The position numbers and the translations under genes were made by a program. Of a stretch of DNA of 64,000 nt, positions 35,024 to 47,200 are shown one piece after another. The notes below the pieces were generated by a model. The model was not told where the DNA came from, made no database searches, and was given only the letters and a program-made list of their open reading frames with translations. Source of the stretch: Sporopachydermia quercuum (taxonomy: Eukaryota); NCBI GenBank assembly GCA_001599295.1, contig BCGN01000004.1, forward strand, positions 1,489,676 through 1,553,675. The letters run 5' to 3'. Each line of letters begins with the position of its first letter. Position 1 is the stretch's first letter.

Positions 35024-36400
35024 ATGGGCAAAATATCCAGGAGCAAAGGTCCACGACATGATCCATTAGCAGTGGACATCGATGGAGCAAGCGGTAATCT
35101 TAGAACTACAAGAAGAGGAGATTTGCCTGCAGCTGTCGATGAAAAGGAAAAGAAAAAAGAACAATATGTTGACGCTGATTTGTCAAGGAAGATTTTGCAA
35201 ATGGCAAAGAAACAAAGAGAAGAATTAGAAGAAGAAGAGGAAGAAAATGCACCAGAAGAACCATCGTATAAGTTAGAGTATGATTCAGAGGAAGAGTCAG
35301 AAGACGAGGAGGATGAAGACTTTGAAGAATATGAAGAATACAATGCTGATTTAGAAGGATATGAAGAAGATGGTGAAGAAGATCAAGAAGCCGATGCATT
35401 ATTTGAACAATATTTCAGTAACAATAGAATTGGGGTCAATCTTGCGGATAAGATTATGGAAAAAATAAGAGAACAAGAGCAGAAACATCAAATGAGAATT
35501 GCCCCACCAGAAGGAGCTTATAGTAAAACAAACGATCCAAGAAGAGAAGCTGAAGGTGTTATGTTACCTCCTAAGGTTATTGCTACCTATGAAAAAGTTG
35601 GTGAATTGCTATCTAGATACAAGTCTGGAAAATTACCCAAAGTATTTAAGATCATTCCATCTCTCAGAAACTGGACCGATATTTTATATGTCACCAATCC
35701 TGAAATGTGGTCTCCTAATGCAGTTTATGAGGCAACGAGATTATTTGTTTCTAACCTGAAAGCCAAGCAAGCTGAAAAGTACATTCGAATGGTTCTTCTT
35801 CCTAGATTTAGAGATGATATTGAAGAAAAACAAGTAATGGCTGCTGAGAATATCCCCACTCATAACTGGTCTACTTTTGGTAACAAGAAAATTCCTCTTA
35901 ACTATCATATCTATCGTTCTCTTAAGAAAGCTCTATATAAACCCGAAGATTTCTTCCGTGGGTTTGTCTTTCCATTGTTAGAAGAAAATTGTACTGTGAA
36001 AGAAGCTACCATTGTTGCCTCTGTGTTAGCTAAAGTATCCATTCCTTCTTTACATTCTTCTGCTGCTCTGATGAGACTTACAGAGATGGAATACTCACCA
36101 GCTTGCAGTTTGTTCATCAGAGTGTTGATCAACAAAAAGTATGCTCTGCCATATAAAGTAGTAGATAATTTAGTGTTTTATTTCATGAGATTTAGAGCCA
36201 TCCCAGGCATTAATTTACCAGAAAGTGAAGCAAGGCTTCCGGTTGTTTGGCATAAATCATTCTTGGTATTTGCTCAACGGTATAAGAACGCTATCACAGA
36301 AGATCAAAGAGATTTGCTATTGGAAACTGTGCGAACGAGAGGCCATCATGCTATTGGTCCTGAAATCAGAAGAGAGCTTTTATCTGGTGTTTCTCGGTAA
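35024..36400 (+). CDS. ENP1: Bystin family 40S biogenesis factor Enp1
   Basis: RHDPL, SRKILQMAK.Q, YKSGKLPK.FK, LKKALYKP, KKYALPY, LPVVWHKSFLVFAQRY, IGPEIRREL. Confidence 0.96.
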   Translation: MGKISRSKGPRHDPLAVDIDGASGNLRTTRRGDLPAAVDEKEKKKEQYVDADLSRKILQMAKKQREELEEEEEENAPEEPSYKLEYDSEEESEDEEDEDFEEYEEYNADLEGYEEDGEEDQEADALFEQYFSNNRIGVNLADKIMEKIREQEQKHQMRIAPPEGAYSKTNDPRREAEGVMLPPKVIATYEKVGELLSRYKSGKLPKVFKIIPSLRNWTDILYVTNPEMWSPNAVYEATRLFVSNLKAKQAEKYIRMVLLPRFRDDIEEKQVMAAENIPTHNWSTFGNKKIPLNYHIYRSLKKALYKPEDFFRGFVFPLLEENCTVKEATIVASVLAKVSIPSLHSSAALMRLTEMEYSPACSLFIRVLINKKYALPYKVVDNLVFYFMRFRAIPGINLPESEARLPVVWHKSFLVFAQRYKNAITEDQRDLLLETVRTRGHHAIGPEIRRELLSGVSR

Positions 36401-36784
36401 CAGATGTTGAAGTGATTTTTGTTGGAAAGGTAAAAATCTTGGTGATGGTTTTCATTTAGACGTGCTTTTTGCAGAGGTGCGGTGTAGAGTAAGTTAATAA
36501 TGGAATGCACAGAATATTCAAACGGTATATGTTGGTAATTAGTGTGAATTTTATATGATACATGTATACGATATATTGAGATTGTATATGGTCATATACA
36601 CTTATTTTATTATACCTTGCTCATGAAATGCACATTATTACCTTCCTGTTGCCAATATCAGAAAATTCCCAAAATAAACACACATTATTATCATTATTCC
36701 CTACAATCATTCCAGTTCCGGTAATCGATTTTTGTTCTCAACTCTAATAAATACACTTTCTGTTGACGTTTCTTCTTAATTTCT

Positions 36785-39700
36785 TCATTTACTAAAATCA
36801 GTTTTAATAAATAAGGTGGAGAATATATACTCTTCTCCATTCAAATCGTATAATGGAACATGTCTATACCCTTGGTTCAAATATGTCAGTCTCACACAGT
36901 ATAAACCGAACACTTCATCATTATGCATTAATGAAAATCGTAAAAATGCAAAATCCATATCATGTCTATCCAAATTTATAGTAAAACGAGTATTCCATAT
37001 AGGATTATAACCATTATTAACTACTGCATTCGTGCTAGCTTTAAACGGATTCTCTCTACCTGATGATCCTGTACTACTTCCAGAATGAACTTTAGTCAAA
37101 GATGTTCCGTCAGTTGATCTCATACTAAGAAGTAAATGGTCCAATCGTGATGTTGGTATAGGAAGCTGTGTAGTAGCAATAGTACAATGCGCATCTGGTT
37201 CTAATCCTAGTATTTCAATGCTTACTTTCGGACTAAGAATGCCATTTTTCATATCTTTTGGTCTCGGCAGCTGCATAGCAGAAACAACTGTTAATTGGAT
37301 TCTGATTTTCTCTTTAAACCCAAAATCAAGTAGATGTTTGTGTGTGTCTAAACTGCCGAACAAATTCACTTTACGGAGATAGTCAGGTTTCAGTACATAT
37401 CCTGATTTACTGCCTTGATTGAACATAGCATCGTTGATTTGAACTCCTGTGTCATATGTCTGCCAGTTCAACGCCACCATTTGAACACCAGTTTTCCAGT
37501 AAACGCAAGGAATAAAATTCGATGATGAGACTCGAAATCCTGAAGGATAAACACGCATGAAATACTTTTTATTGTGTTTTCTCACTTGGTATGCTTTGGA
37601 CTGGTCCTTCAGAAACGTATTTATCCGCTTTTCAGCTAGTGAAAAGCAATGGTTGTATGTTTTCGATTCTGGTAAGGAGAAATTGCGAAAAGTGATACCT
37701 TTTAGATAAACACCAAGGTCAGCTAGCTCTGGATGTAGCTTTACATTTTTGTGCTTTCTCCTTACACTTCTTAGTCTGATTCTTGTTTTGGATTCGTTGA
37801 TGCCATCTTCGCTAACACTGCTAGTAGTTGATGTAGTAGTTGATGAAGCTGACGTAGGAAAACTATCGGTGCTACTGAAAGAAGCTGAACTTGAACTTTT
37901 ATTCTGTTGGTCGCAGCTCTTAACTTTGATAAGGATTTTATGTTTCAATTCAATAGGAGAAGGTAATTGATACATGATGCTAGCAAAAGACTTTGTTACC
38001 AACATTTCACCAAACAGGCTCTTGAAAAGCGTTGTAGCCTTTTTTTGGTTTTCAATGTTGCAATGAATTTCTAAAGAAAGAATCACCGGGTATGGAGATG
38101 CAATAAACGCATATTTTCTTATGGATGTGATTACATCGGCCAAATCAATTGGAGATGTGAAAGTTCTTCCATGAGAAACAATAGGACCATTATCGCCATC
38201 CCAAATATCAATCTCCAAGCATTTACAGCCTTTTTGGAGAGCTCTAATGTATGCCTCAACAGAAGATGCTCCTGCAACTTGTCTTCCTACTAAGTACGTG
38301 TTATGAGATGATGAAATATAGTACTGATTCAGAGGTTTTGTGAAGTCTTCTTCTACTTCAGAATCGTTACCAACGATAGAACAGTATGAAGATAACAGGA
38401 AACTGGTGAATGACTCGACGGTAAATGTTTCAGTATGATTTCCAGAATCATCTGTTGATTTACTGGAGAATTTGCTAAAAATCCTTCTTGCTTCAGTCTC
38501 GGAGATGATTTCCTTTTGAACATTCGTAAGAAAAGCCGTGAATGAATCAAAATTCATATGAAGCGCATCCTCATTGATAAGCTTGGAGCTATTGTCTTCG
38601 ATTGATTTGATAGTAGAAATACTAGCAGAAGCAGTACCAGAAAAAACTGTACTAATATTACTAATAGAGGCAGCAGTTGTAGTAGTACTGCTAGCAGTGG
38701 AATCAGAAAAAGTGCTGGTGTCAATACTAATGGTGGTGGTTGTTGCACTATTAACATTATCGGCATTGTTCTCAATTGCATCCCCAGATAACCCATTCGT
38801 ATTATCACTCGCACTACAAACAGCTGTTATGACACTGCTAGAATCAGAGCTGCTATCCGCTTTATGTAAATGACCCAACCAATCTGGATGTAAATGTCTC
38901 TTATTACCATTACCATTGCCAATAGAATCATGTCTTTTGATCAAACGATAGAATATATCAATCATCTCCGATCTTGTTTTCAACAGCTTGACAAAATGCT
39001 GAAACTCCTGAAAATCAAGATAGCCACTTCTGTCAGTGTCAGAGATTTTAAATAAATCCTGAAGAAACTCAGTCGAGCAATTGACATGAAGATTTCTGGT
39101 TAATTTCACTACATTCTCAAAGGATAAATATTCTGTTCCATCTTCTGCCTTTTTGACAAAGCTTTGATTCCAATGAACATTAACAAATACAGCATCTGGC
39201 AGTAATAGTCCACTCATTATTGCTTGTCGATAGACTAGTAGCTTCCTTACAACTGATATAAACAAGTCAAAATCTTTATCGTCAATTCCAATAATATGTA
39301 AAGCTTTTGGTTTATTGTTAACACCACCAGTATAAACAATAGTAGCCCATTTTTTCTCTAGATCACTTGAAACGTTGAATTCTTCTCTGTAATTTCTAGC
39401 ATCTTCACCAACACGTATTTCGTATATTTTATCTACTTCCATTCGAGAATTTATCTTGGCGCTCCAGGTAATAACTGCAGTACTAGGGTTGATACGGAAA
39501 ATGCGCTGGACTTTTTTCCTATGAGTGATTTTGAAAAACGGAATACCGTCCATGAGAATTTGCGGAACAATTGGCTTTTCTATTTTCATTGGTTTCTTCT
39601 GGTTCTCTTTCGATGGTTCAGTATTGAATTCTTGAGATGTTATCAATGGCTTTTCATTTGAATCGTCATAAATGGTAGAAATCTGGGTTGGTGTTACTGG

Positions 39701-40828
39701 ATCAACAGTTGATGCAATTGGAGTTAATGCGCTGCTTTCTGATCCTGTGAGGGTAGAAGGAGTTGTGATATTATCTTCTGACAAATGTCTTTCAGTTAAT
39801 CTGAGACCATCGAATGTTTCATATAGTGAAGACAGCAGCTTTGAAGTGCCCAAAGGTCTAGTGATAGGGCCACTATTCCCAGAACTGGAGTTGTTTTCAT
39901 ATACATCCGAAGTGCTGTTTCCTCGGCTTCTGGATAAAGAAGAATTAGTGACTGCTTGCCATATTTTAGCTCGATTGGAAACACTCGACGAAACAATTGA
40001 TTTACTGCTAATTGTTGTTGATAAATCATTTGAGCTAGAGGTAAATTTTGGCTTATCTGATTTCAATGAAATCTTTGAAGAAGAGTCCATAGACGAAAAT
40101 GTTTCTGTCGATGTTGCTTTAGTAGTCTTCTCATTTGTAGTGCTAGAAGATAACGTGATCGCCACTTTACTGTAGAATTTTTTCAATGTAGTTCTGAAGG
40201 AGCGATCGCTCGGTTGATCGCTCACCTGTTCTGAACATCCATCTTTTACGTCTTCTTCTTCTTCTTTATATACAGTAGTAGTTGTACCTTCATATGATGA
40301 TCTTGGTGAGATAGTATCTAAATTATCCGTAGTTTCTTTTTGCTCATCAGAATTAATTGCGTCATGTGTTTCCAGAATTTCATTACTCTCTTCGTTTATA
40401 CTGAGACTCAGATGTTCAATGGAGTTTCTTCTGTCTGGGGTTTTCTCTAAATGATCATCTGTTGAACCTGTTCTTCTTAAAGAATTACCGCTATGGTTAT
40501 TATGGTTTGAGCTCTCAAACGGTAGCTTAACGTCATGCCGAGAACCTTTTGAAGAGGTACGTCTTAGAGTGGATAAATGACTAGAGATTGAATTTCTAGA
40601 ATACGACAAAACAGGAGAACAAGCTCTTGGAGATCCAGTTGGTGATGAGGATCTTGGAGAGTTGAGCTCGGCTATTGCTATTGCATTCTGATTTGTTTGC
40701 TGAGGTGTTGTTGATATGTTTGTTGTGCTATTTGTAGTACTGACATGAGCAGATGTTGAGTCAAATGGAATGTTTGTCAATGGTTGTAACGGGGGTGATT
40801 TATGATATTGATACTGAGAATCGTTCAT
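36785..40828 (-). CDS. PLC1: Phosphoinositide-specific phospholipase C (PH-EF-X-Y-C2)
   Basis: First ATG at 40828. YYISSSHNTYL, GCKCLEIDIWDG, SHGRT, PVILSLEIHC, RVYPSGFRVSSSNF, GVQMVALNWQTYD and a C2 domain (NNGYNPIWN, GYRHVPL). Confidence 0.95.
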   Translation of the reverse strand: MNDSQYQYHKSPPLQPLTNIPFDSTSAHVSTTNSTTNISTTPQQTNQNAIAIAELNSPRSSSPTGSPRACSPVLSYSRNSISSHLSTLRRTSSKGSRHDVKLPFESSNHNNHSGNSLRRTGSTDDHLEKTPDRRNSIEHLSLSINEESNEILETHDAINSDEQKETTDNLDTISPRSSYEGTTTTVYKEEEEDVKDGCSEQVSDQPSDRSFRTTLKKFYSKVAITLSSSTTNEKTTKATSTETFSSMDSSSKISLKSDKPKFTSSSNDLSTTISSKSIVSSSVSNRAKIWQAVTNSSLSRSRGNSTSDVYENNSSSGNSGPITRPLGTSKLLSSLYETFDGLRLTERHLSEDNITTPSTLTGSESSALTPIASTVDPVTPTQISTIYDDSNEKPLITSQEFNTEPSKENQKKPMKIEKPIVPQILMDGIPFFKITHRKKVQRIFRINPSTAVITWSAKINSRMEVDKIYEIRVGEDARNYREEFNVSSDLEKKWATIVYTGGVNNKPKALHIIGIDDKDFDLFISVVRKLLVYRQAIMSGLLLPDAVFVNVHWNQSFVKKAEDGTEYLSFENVVKLTRNLHVNCSTEFLQDLFKISDTDRSGYLDFQEFQHFVKLLKTRSEMIDIFYRLIKRHDSIGNGNGNKRHLHPDWLGHLHKADSSSDSSSVITAVCSASDNTNGLSGDAIENNADNVNSATTTTISIDTSTFSDSTASSTTTTAASISNISTVFSGTASASISTIKSIEDNSSKLINEDALHMNFDSFTAFLTNVQKEIISETEARRIFSKFSSKSTDDSGNHTETFTVESFTSFLLSSYCSIVGNDSEVEEDFTKPLNQYYISSSHNTYLVGRQVAGASSVEAYIRALQKGCKCLEIDIWDGDNGPIVSHGRTFTSPIDLADVITSIRKYAFIASPYPVILSLEIHCNIENQKKATTLFKSLFGEMLVTKSFASIMYQLPSPIELKHKILIKVKSCDQQNKSSSSASFSSTDSFPTSASSTTTSTTSSVSEDGINESKTRIRLRSVRRKHKNVKLHPELADLGVYLKGITFRNFSLPESKTYNHCFSLAEKRINTFLKDQSKAYQVRKHNKKYFMRVYPSGFRVSSSNFIPCVYWKTGVQMVALNWQTYDTGVQINDAMFNQGSKSGYVLKPDYLRKVNLFGSLDTHKHLLDFGFKEKIRIQLTVVSAMQLPRPKDMKNGILSPKVSIEILGLEPDAHCTIATTQLPIPTSRLDHLLLSMRSTDGTSLTKVHSGSSTGSSGRENPFKASTNAVVNNGYNPIWNTRFTINLDRHDMDFAFLRFSLMHNDEVFGLYCVRLTYLNQGYRHVPLYDLNGEEYIFSTLFIKTDFSK

Positions 40829-41727
40829 TTTCAATCAATAGATCCGTCCAATCATGTATCCGAAGGTTAAAATTATGATCCACAGAGATATATCTATTTC
40901 GCTAGCTGTTGAAAATATCTGTCAATTCATTATCTCATAGTCATATAGGTAAATATCATTAACACGCACAGTTGATTGGTCTCCGGTTCCTCATATCCAA
41001 TATGTTGTGGAAGCTTGTGTAAGCTTGAGTCTATAAACAACACAAAATAAATTGGTTACAAGCCCGTGACACGATTTATGGCATTGGTATGGCTTCGTGG
41101 CTGATATAGCAACTATTCTCGTGCGCTTGATTTAGGGACTTTTCTGTTCTATTTTCAAATCTTTTTGCCTCTATTATTATATAATTTCTCTCATTTCTAT
41201 TTTGGATTGTCGTTTCTTCTGGACTATCAATGTCGGGGATGATTTGTTAGGGGTATTTCTTGAAATGGCAATAATCATATGCATCGAGGACAAAAATGCG
41301 TTAATTGTGCATTGAAGACTATTTTTCTTGATTATGTGATCTGTAAATGATAACGCAACAAATTACTTGAAAGGGAAGCAAAGTTGTAGTAGCTACGGCA
41401 TGAGATTGGAACTTTATCTGGACAGCACTGATAATCATCTTTTATATCTCTTGACATCCTCAGGATTATGCTTTATCCATTTTCACTGGAGATCAAGGAA
41501 CATCACGATAAAAGAATGCTATTCACTATGTTGGTTGTTAGTTCGAAATTGTGAGCTATAATAACTCTAGCTGGTGGCAAGTTTTTGATACGGATCATAT
41601 CATAGGTACTGTAGCATATGCTGGAAGGAGTTCCACACCAATCACATTCTAGCAAGATAATGGGAATGTATAGATTTCATTGACTTTTCTATTACAAGGA
41701 TCAAAAGTTAACTGATATTTTATAACA

Positions 41728-43452
41728 ATGGCGCGTCCCTCTTCAGAATCTAAGCATGCGTTCTCAGAGAGCTCAAATCTACTTCCTCCTGACCAGGAGG
41801 AAGCTCATAGTAGATCCCCTATCACTAAATCACCTCTTATGGCTCAACAATCACATATTCATCTACGACTGAAGAAAGTACTTACAAATAGTCCTGCAAT
41901 ACTTTCCCCACGAATGCAGCAATATTTGAATACTCCTCTTAATAATCCTCTAACACCAAGATCAGTGTTATCGGAACTTCATCCTATCTCAAAAGCTCAA
42001 GTTCGCGCTCGTTGGCAAGTTGGTCTCATTCTCTTATGCATGGTGATCCTGATGTGGGTAATAAGTGCTTTCCTAGTGAGTGATTTATCTAACGCTCAGG
42101 ATTTCCAAAGACCGTTCTTTATTACCTATGTCACGACAAGCTCATTCTCGTCTTATTTGATACCCAGCATTGTTCGTCAGTTGTTTTTCTTTCTCAAGAA
42201 TCTATGGAGTTCGATTGTTTTCAGAGGAAGTCAATACTCTTCTGGGCTGTTGGCATCAGGAAAGCAAAAACAGACATACGGAGCATCTGAGAACAATATT
42301 TCCACTCAAACTGAAAATGAATATGAAAACGATCCTAATGTATCCAAAGCTGTCAGAAGCTTGAGAAGAGCAAGTAGAGGTATGAATGATAGAATTGGTG
42401 ATCTCAAAAATGTTAGAATTGAATCAAATTGGAGGACCCCACGTTCAATATTCTCCGAGATATCAACATCTTCTAAAACTCCGAAGAACAAGAACACTCT
42501 ATTATCTACAACTGCTACAGCTTTTTATGGGCTGAAGTTTTCTATCTTATACTTCTCAACTAACTATTTTACGAACATGTCGCTCAAGTATACAACAGTA
42601 TCTTCTCAAACCATCATTGCTACAACATCAAGTGTCTTTGCATTCATATTTTCAGTTTCAATTTTCAAACTTGAGAAGTTTACTTACACCAAGGCCGTTT
42701 CCATTGCTTTTTCTATTATAGGAATAGCTCTTATTACATTTGCGTCTTCGGATTCAGATGCTGATGATCCTGATCCCGAATTCTCATTTTCTTCAATGAT
42801 GTTTGGCAATGCCTTGGCTTTAACATCTGCTATGACATATGGATTATATACAGTTAGTTTGAAAGTGTCTATTGGAGATGAAAGCAATTGCAATATGACA
42901 TTATTATTTGGTTTCATTGGCTTTTTCACGCTTATATTATTCTGGCCTTTATTACCTTTGCTTTGTTATTTTGAGTTAGAGCCTTTAGACTTCAGTTTGC
43001 CTAATTTGAACGAGATCGTGAAACTTGTCATCCTAAACGTGGTTTGCACAATTATTGGAGATTTTTCATTTGTGATAGCAATGCTTTTGACATCACCAAT
43101 AGTTGCTACTGTTGCTATTTCAGGAACAATTCCTGTTGCTATGATTGGAGACTTTTGGGTTGCATCTGTTATCCCTACCCAATGGCAGTATTATGTTGGA
43201 GCTGGTTTGGTTTGCATAGCGTTTATAGCTATAAATCGGGCCGAGGAAGAAGAGAAGGAGGAATTGGAGCAAGAGATATTCGATGCTGTTGTAGAGGAGA
43301 TCGAAACATTAAGTATACTTAATGATCACGCGAATATCGACGCAACCGATATTCCACCTAGGGATAGCAGTAGACTGAGAGTGGTCAGTATTCCTACTGA
43401 TGGTGTTAACTATGGTGGAAGTAATATAGACGAAATTTTAAATAGTGTATAG
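41728..43452 (+). CDS. DMT/SLC35F-family membrane transporter (YML018C/THI74-like)
   Basis: About 10 TM helices; PFFITY, SLKYTTVSSQTI..TSS.F, GNALAL.SA..YGLY, FGFIG.F, AMLLTSP.VATVA...IP.AM.GD. Confidence 0.88.
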   Translation: MARPSSESKHAFSESSNLLPPDQEEAHSRSPITKSPLMAQQSHIHLRLKKVLTNSPAILSPRMQQYLNTPLNNPLTPRSVLSELHPISKAQVRARWQVGLILLCMVILMWVISAFLVSDLSNAQDFQRPFFITYVTTSSFSSYLIPSIVRQLFFFLKNLWSSIVFRGSQYSSGLLASGKQKQTYGASENNISTQTENEYENDPNVSKAVRSLRRASRGMNDRIGDLKNVRIESNWRTPRSIFSEISTSSKTPKNKNTLLSTTATAFYGLKFSILYFSTNYFTNMSLKYTTVSSQTIIATTSSVFAFIFSVSIFKLEKFTYTKAVSIAFSIIGIALITFASSDSDADDPDPEFSFSSMMFGNALALTSAMTYGLYTVSLKVSIGDESNCNMTLLFGFIGFFTLILFWPLLPLLCYFELEPLDFSLPNLNEIVKLVILNVVCTIIGDFSFVIAMLLTSPIVATVAISGTIPVAMIGDFWVASVIPTQWQYYVGAGLVCIAFIAINRAEEEEKEELEQEIFDAVVEEIETLSILNDHANIDATDIPPRDSSRLRVVSIPTDGVNYGGSNIDEILNSV

Positions 43453-43620
43453 ACAAACTGCTTGATGATATTGCATACAAATAGATGCATTATACATCTG
43501 GAACAATGTAAGAAGTAATAGTAATCTAAAAGACATATAATAAATCAAGATTCTGATTCAACCTTCGTAAACAGAATTGGGATGATAACAAATAAATAAT
43601 AATACTTGATCCAAATAATT

Positions 43621-43730
43621 CTGTGCTAGATCACGTGATTTACAGCAGGTATTCTAGATCTCCCTCCGAATATGCAGCAAACAAGAAATAGCAGGCCAGA
43701 GCCTCCTCATTTGCCCTAGTTGACCCCTAA
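43621..43730 (+). promoter_or_regulatory. Cbf1-type E-box element plus two Tbf1-like sites in a convergent intergenic region
   Basis: GATCACGTGAT at 43629-43639, GCCCTAG at 43713-43719, CCCTAA at 43725-43730; similar to 30291-30344. Confidence 0.5.
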
Positions 43731-44290
43731 CATATGTAAGCAATAAAACAGAATCAAACCTTGAGCAAACTATTCCTAACACGAATAAAAAATAGAAAGA
43801 AAAAGAAAAGAATTAAAAGGAAAACGGCGGACATTTCGTTTGTTCAAGTTATCAACTGAACATATATTTTTGAGTAAAAAAATATATATGTAGTAAATGC
43901 AATTGTATAGTGGGCATATAAACAGAATAGATTAGTATGATCTGCTCTCACATGTTACTGGTACTTATCTCTTAGGTATACTTCTATAATTACTACATTA
44001 TAGAATAGAAACTTCAACCCTCAGGAATTTTTATGACAATTATATTACTTTTCAGACTATAAATCGATCTGTGTTTTGATATAAATAAAGCAACCAATTC
44101 TTATATTTTCTTAGTTTTCATTGACAAGATAGACAGATTGCTATGCAATTCAGAACATAATTCATAATAATCAATAGAGTACAGTAATAAAGAAAAAAGA
44201 ATCCTTCAAAAGTCTTTATATTCATTGAAATGCAGGACCCTCAACTGGACTCTCAAACTAGTTATACAATCGGAATGATCATACTCAAAC

Positions 44291-47200
44291 TCACCAAAGA
44301 GGAACAAGATCCTTCCAATCACCATCTTTCCTTCTTTCCCAATAACTCTTCACCCCCGATTTATAGACCCAATGATCTGGAGATGATTCGGAAACCTCAA
44401 AAAACTCTGGTTTCCATTTTTCATTTCTACTTTCGATCTCTTTTCTTCTTGCTCTTTGTTTTTCTTCTACTTCCTTCTTCAGTTCTTCAGCTTTGAGAGC
44501 ATCTCCTTGTTCATAGACTCTTTGATCTGGTCTGAGTCTTGAATCACGTGGACACAACTTTTCAATTTCATATATAGCACTTGGACTTGCATCGTTCAAA
44601 GACGCAGTAAAAGTGGTGAAGCCATAATGAGCACTTAAATTATGAACTAATTTTCCTGCAGTCCAGATTTCTCTCTCTGAAGAATCTGCACTTTTAAGCG
44701 TTAGTTTTTCGGTCCAAGTACCTGAAACCGTACAAGGAAGGTGTTCACCATTTCTATCACTGGCTTTAATAGTCAATTGTTCCGATCTGCCAGAAAACAT
44801 TCCTCCTACTTTGAATTCCACAACCGCTTTTTGCCCATTGCTGGAATAAACAGTCAATGTTCCCACAGGTTCCACATATTTCTCTCCAGCTACCATATTG
44901 CGTAAAAACGTAGTAGGTAAGTTGTATCTATACTCTTCTCCTAATTTCGGTAGTTTGATAACAACAGTACCAGCAATGTTCAATTCGGCACTTTTACCCC
45001 AGAACTTCTGGGCAGGAGCTGGCGAATAGGATACTGTCCAGTTTCTAGATTCTGCAAATAAAGCCAATACTACTGGCCTATGACAAACTTTCTCTGCAAC
45101 CATTCTAAACTCACCTTCAAGGCTTACCAATTCAAACGTTTCCCCAAGCAAAGGATTAAATGGTTTTCTAATGCATCGCTCTTTCACTCGAGCAGAGGAC
45201 ATATAAGAAACAGCAAAAGCAGCTATACGCAGAATGCGCTCACCAGTAGTGCTATTGGATTCAGCAGCTCTATCCAGTAACTGTGAGTATTCAAACAATT
45301 CAGCATATTTCTGTAGCAGAGACAAAGGTTCATTAGCAGTCACAGGCATCGACACTGATGATAAGTCCTTACCTACACTTTTTCTTACTAATGACATGAT
45401 ACTTGGAGGTGTGCAAACAATTTTTGGTGCTTCTTGTCTAATAGTCAAAGTAATGTTCTTTTCTGCTATATCTGATAAAGGATATAATGATTCCTGTTCT
45501 TCTTCTTCACTTGCCAATGAAGCACTTGATCCTGTTGAATTCAGTCTTCCCAAGGCTTTTGTTTTACTGCCTTTCACTTCTTCTCTCAAAAACTCAATCG
45601 AATCGTTTCGAGACCGCTCATGTGCTACGTTCTTGGCTGCTGGGGGTCCCATCACTGACTTATCTGGTGGCTGATAGAATGCTTGGTTTTCGTTTTCATC
45701 ATTCTCGTATTCTCCGTACTCCTCATCTTCTTCATCGTCTTCATCGTCTAGCTCATCCTGTTTAAGTTCATCGTCCTCCTCATCACTTAGGATAACAAAG
45801 CCAACACCCTTCAAACCTTCATCTTCAGAAAAAGATTCCTTTGCATCGTAAAATAAGTAATCTGAGATTGATTGAGCAGCAGATTTAGGACTGGCAATAT
45901 CAGATATATCGACAGTGCCAGTACCGGTACCAGTAGCAGTAGCAGTAGCAGTGACATCCAATGAGCTGACATTTCCTCTTTTCTTCTCTTCTTCGATATC
46001 AAGCTTTTTCGCCTCAGCAATGGTAGCAATACTTGCTTGCAGGTTATCAAGTACATCCAGCAGTTCTTGAGCAATCTGAAGATGTAGTCCTTGTGATGAC
46101 AATTCTGGCGATGATCCTACTTTGTTACTAGTCTCTTGTCTTTGCGGTAGGACAAACGTCACATCATTCTTTGCAGCAATATTCACACTTGATCTTGATC
46201 CACTACGTGTTTTTCCACTAGCAGTTTCTAAGGATATGTTACTGCTGTTAAGCGTTGAGCTACTGTTGACAGTAGAGTTTGTAGGATTAATAGAATGTCG
46301 TTTCTTCTTCCAAAATGGTCCTCTCTTCATACTATTTACGGTTTGAATTGTAGACGAGGAATCATGACTACTAGACTGTGCAGTATTAGAGATTCCAGCG
46401 AAAGACGTAGAATCACCATTCAGGCTCAATTCCGTCATATTGTTAGATAGAGATTCTCCTGTGTTGTGCAAATTTTGATTGATCGATGATTCCACTTGAA
46501 GGGAAGACATAAGCTGTTTAGCTAAACGAATGGATCTTCCGGTTTGGAGTAATGTAGCTTCATATGCGGCATATTCTTCCTTCATGCTAGCGAGCTTGGT
46601 TGTAGGTCTGGTATATGCTAGTCTCAACAAGGAATCAATTCCTTCCCCTGAATTATCACCATCTGATTGCCCAACACTGTTGTCATTAGGCATCAAACGA
46701 GAATATTGGAAAAGTTTCATCCATACAAGCCATTCACCTTCAGATAACGCTTTGAGGTACCAGATTTCCATACCAGAGTCAATGATTATTTCGAATCCTT
46801 TCCTTTTGGCTGATATCACAGATAATCCTACTGGCATGCTACCTCTTAATCTCTGAGATTTTTCATTCAAATAGTAAGTCAACACACCATATTTCAAATT
46901 TAAAGTGAAAAACCGCTTAGCATAGCCTTGATGCTTTTTTCTACGTTTCTTGAGTAAAACCCCAGAAAAGTAGTTCCCGCCTTTTGCGTTTATCATGCCA
47001 GAGATCTCATTAACTGATTGAAATAAATCAGTAGTGTTGTCATATAGATTCATCTTCGAAATATCCATATTTTCGTCATTTTTAATGTTACTCTGGGATG
47101 CCAAGTTATCTTCATTCTTCATTTTAGACATTAATGGGGCCAGTTCATTAATGGATATGGATTTATTATAAGAAAGAGATTTACCATCAGCCGCATAATC

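Noticed and set aside
34918..35399. Antisense ORFs over ENP1, and similar ones over eIF3d, PLC1, OSH3 and the SUN gene
   Set aside because: Shadow ORFs of biased coding sequence with no independent motifs.
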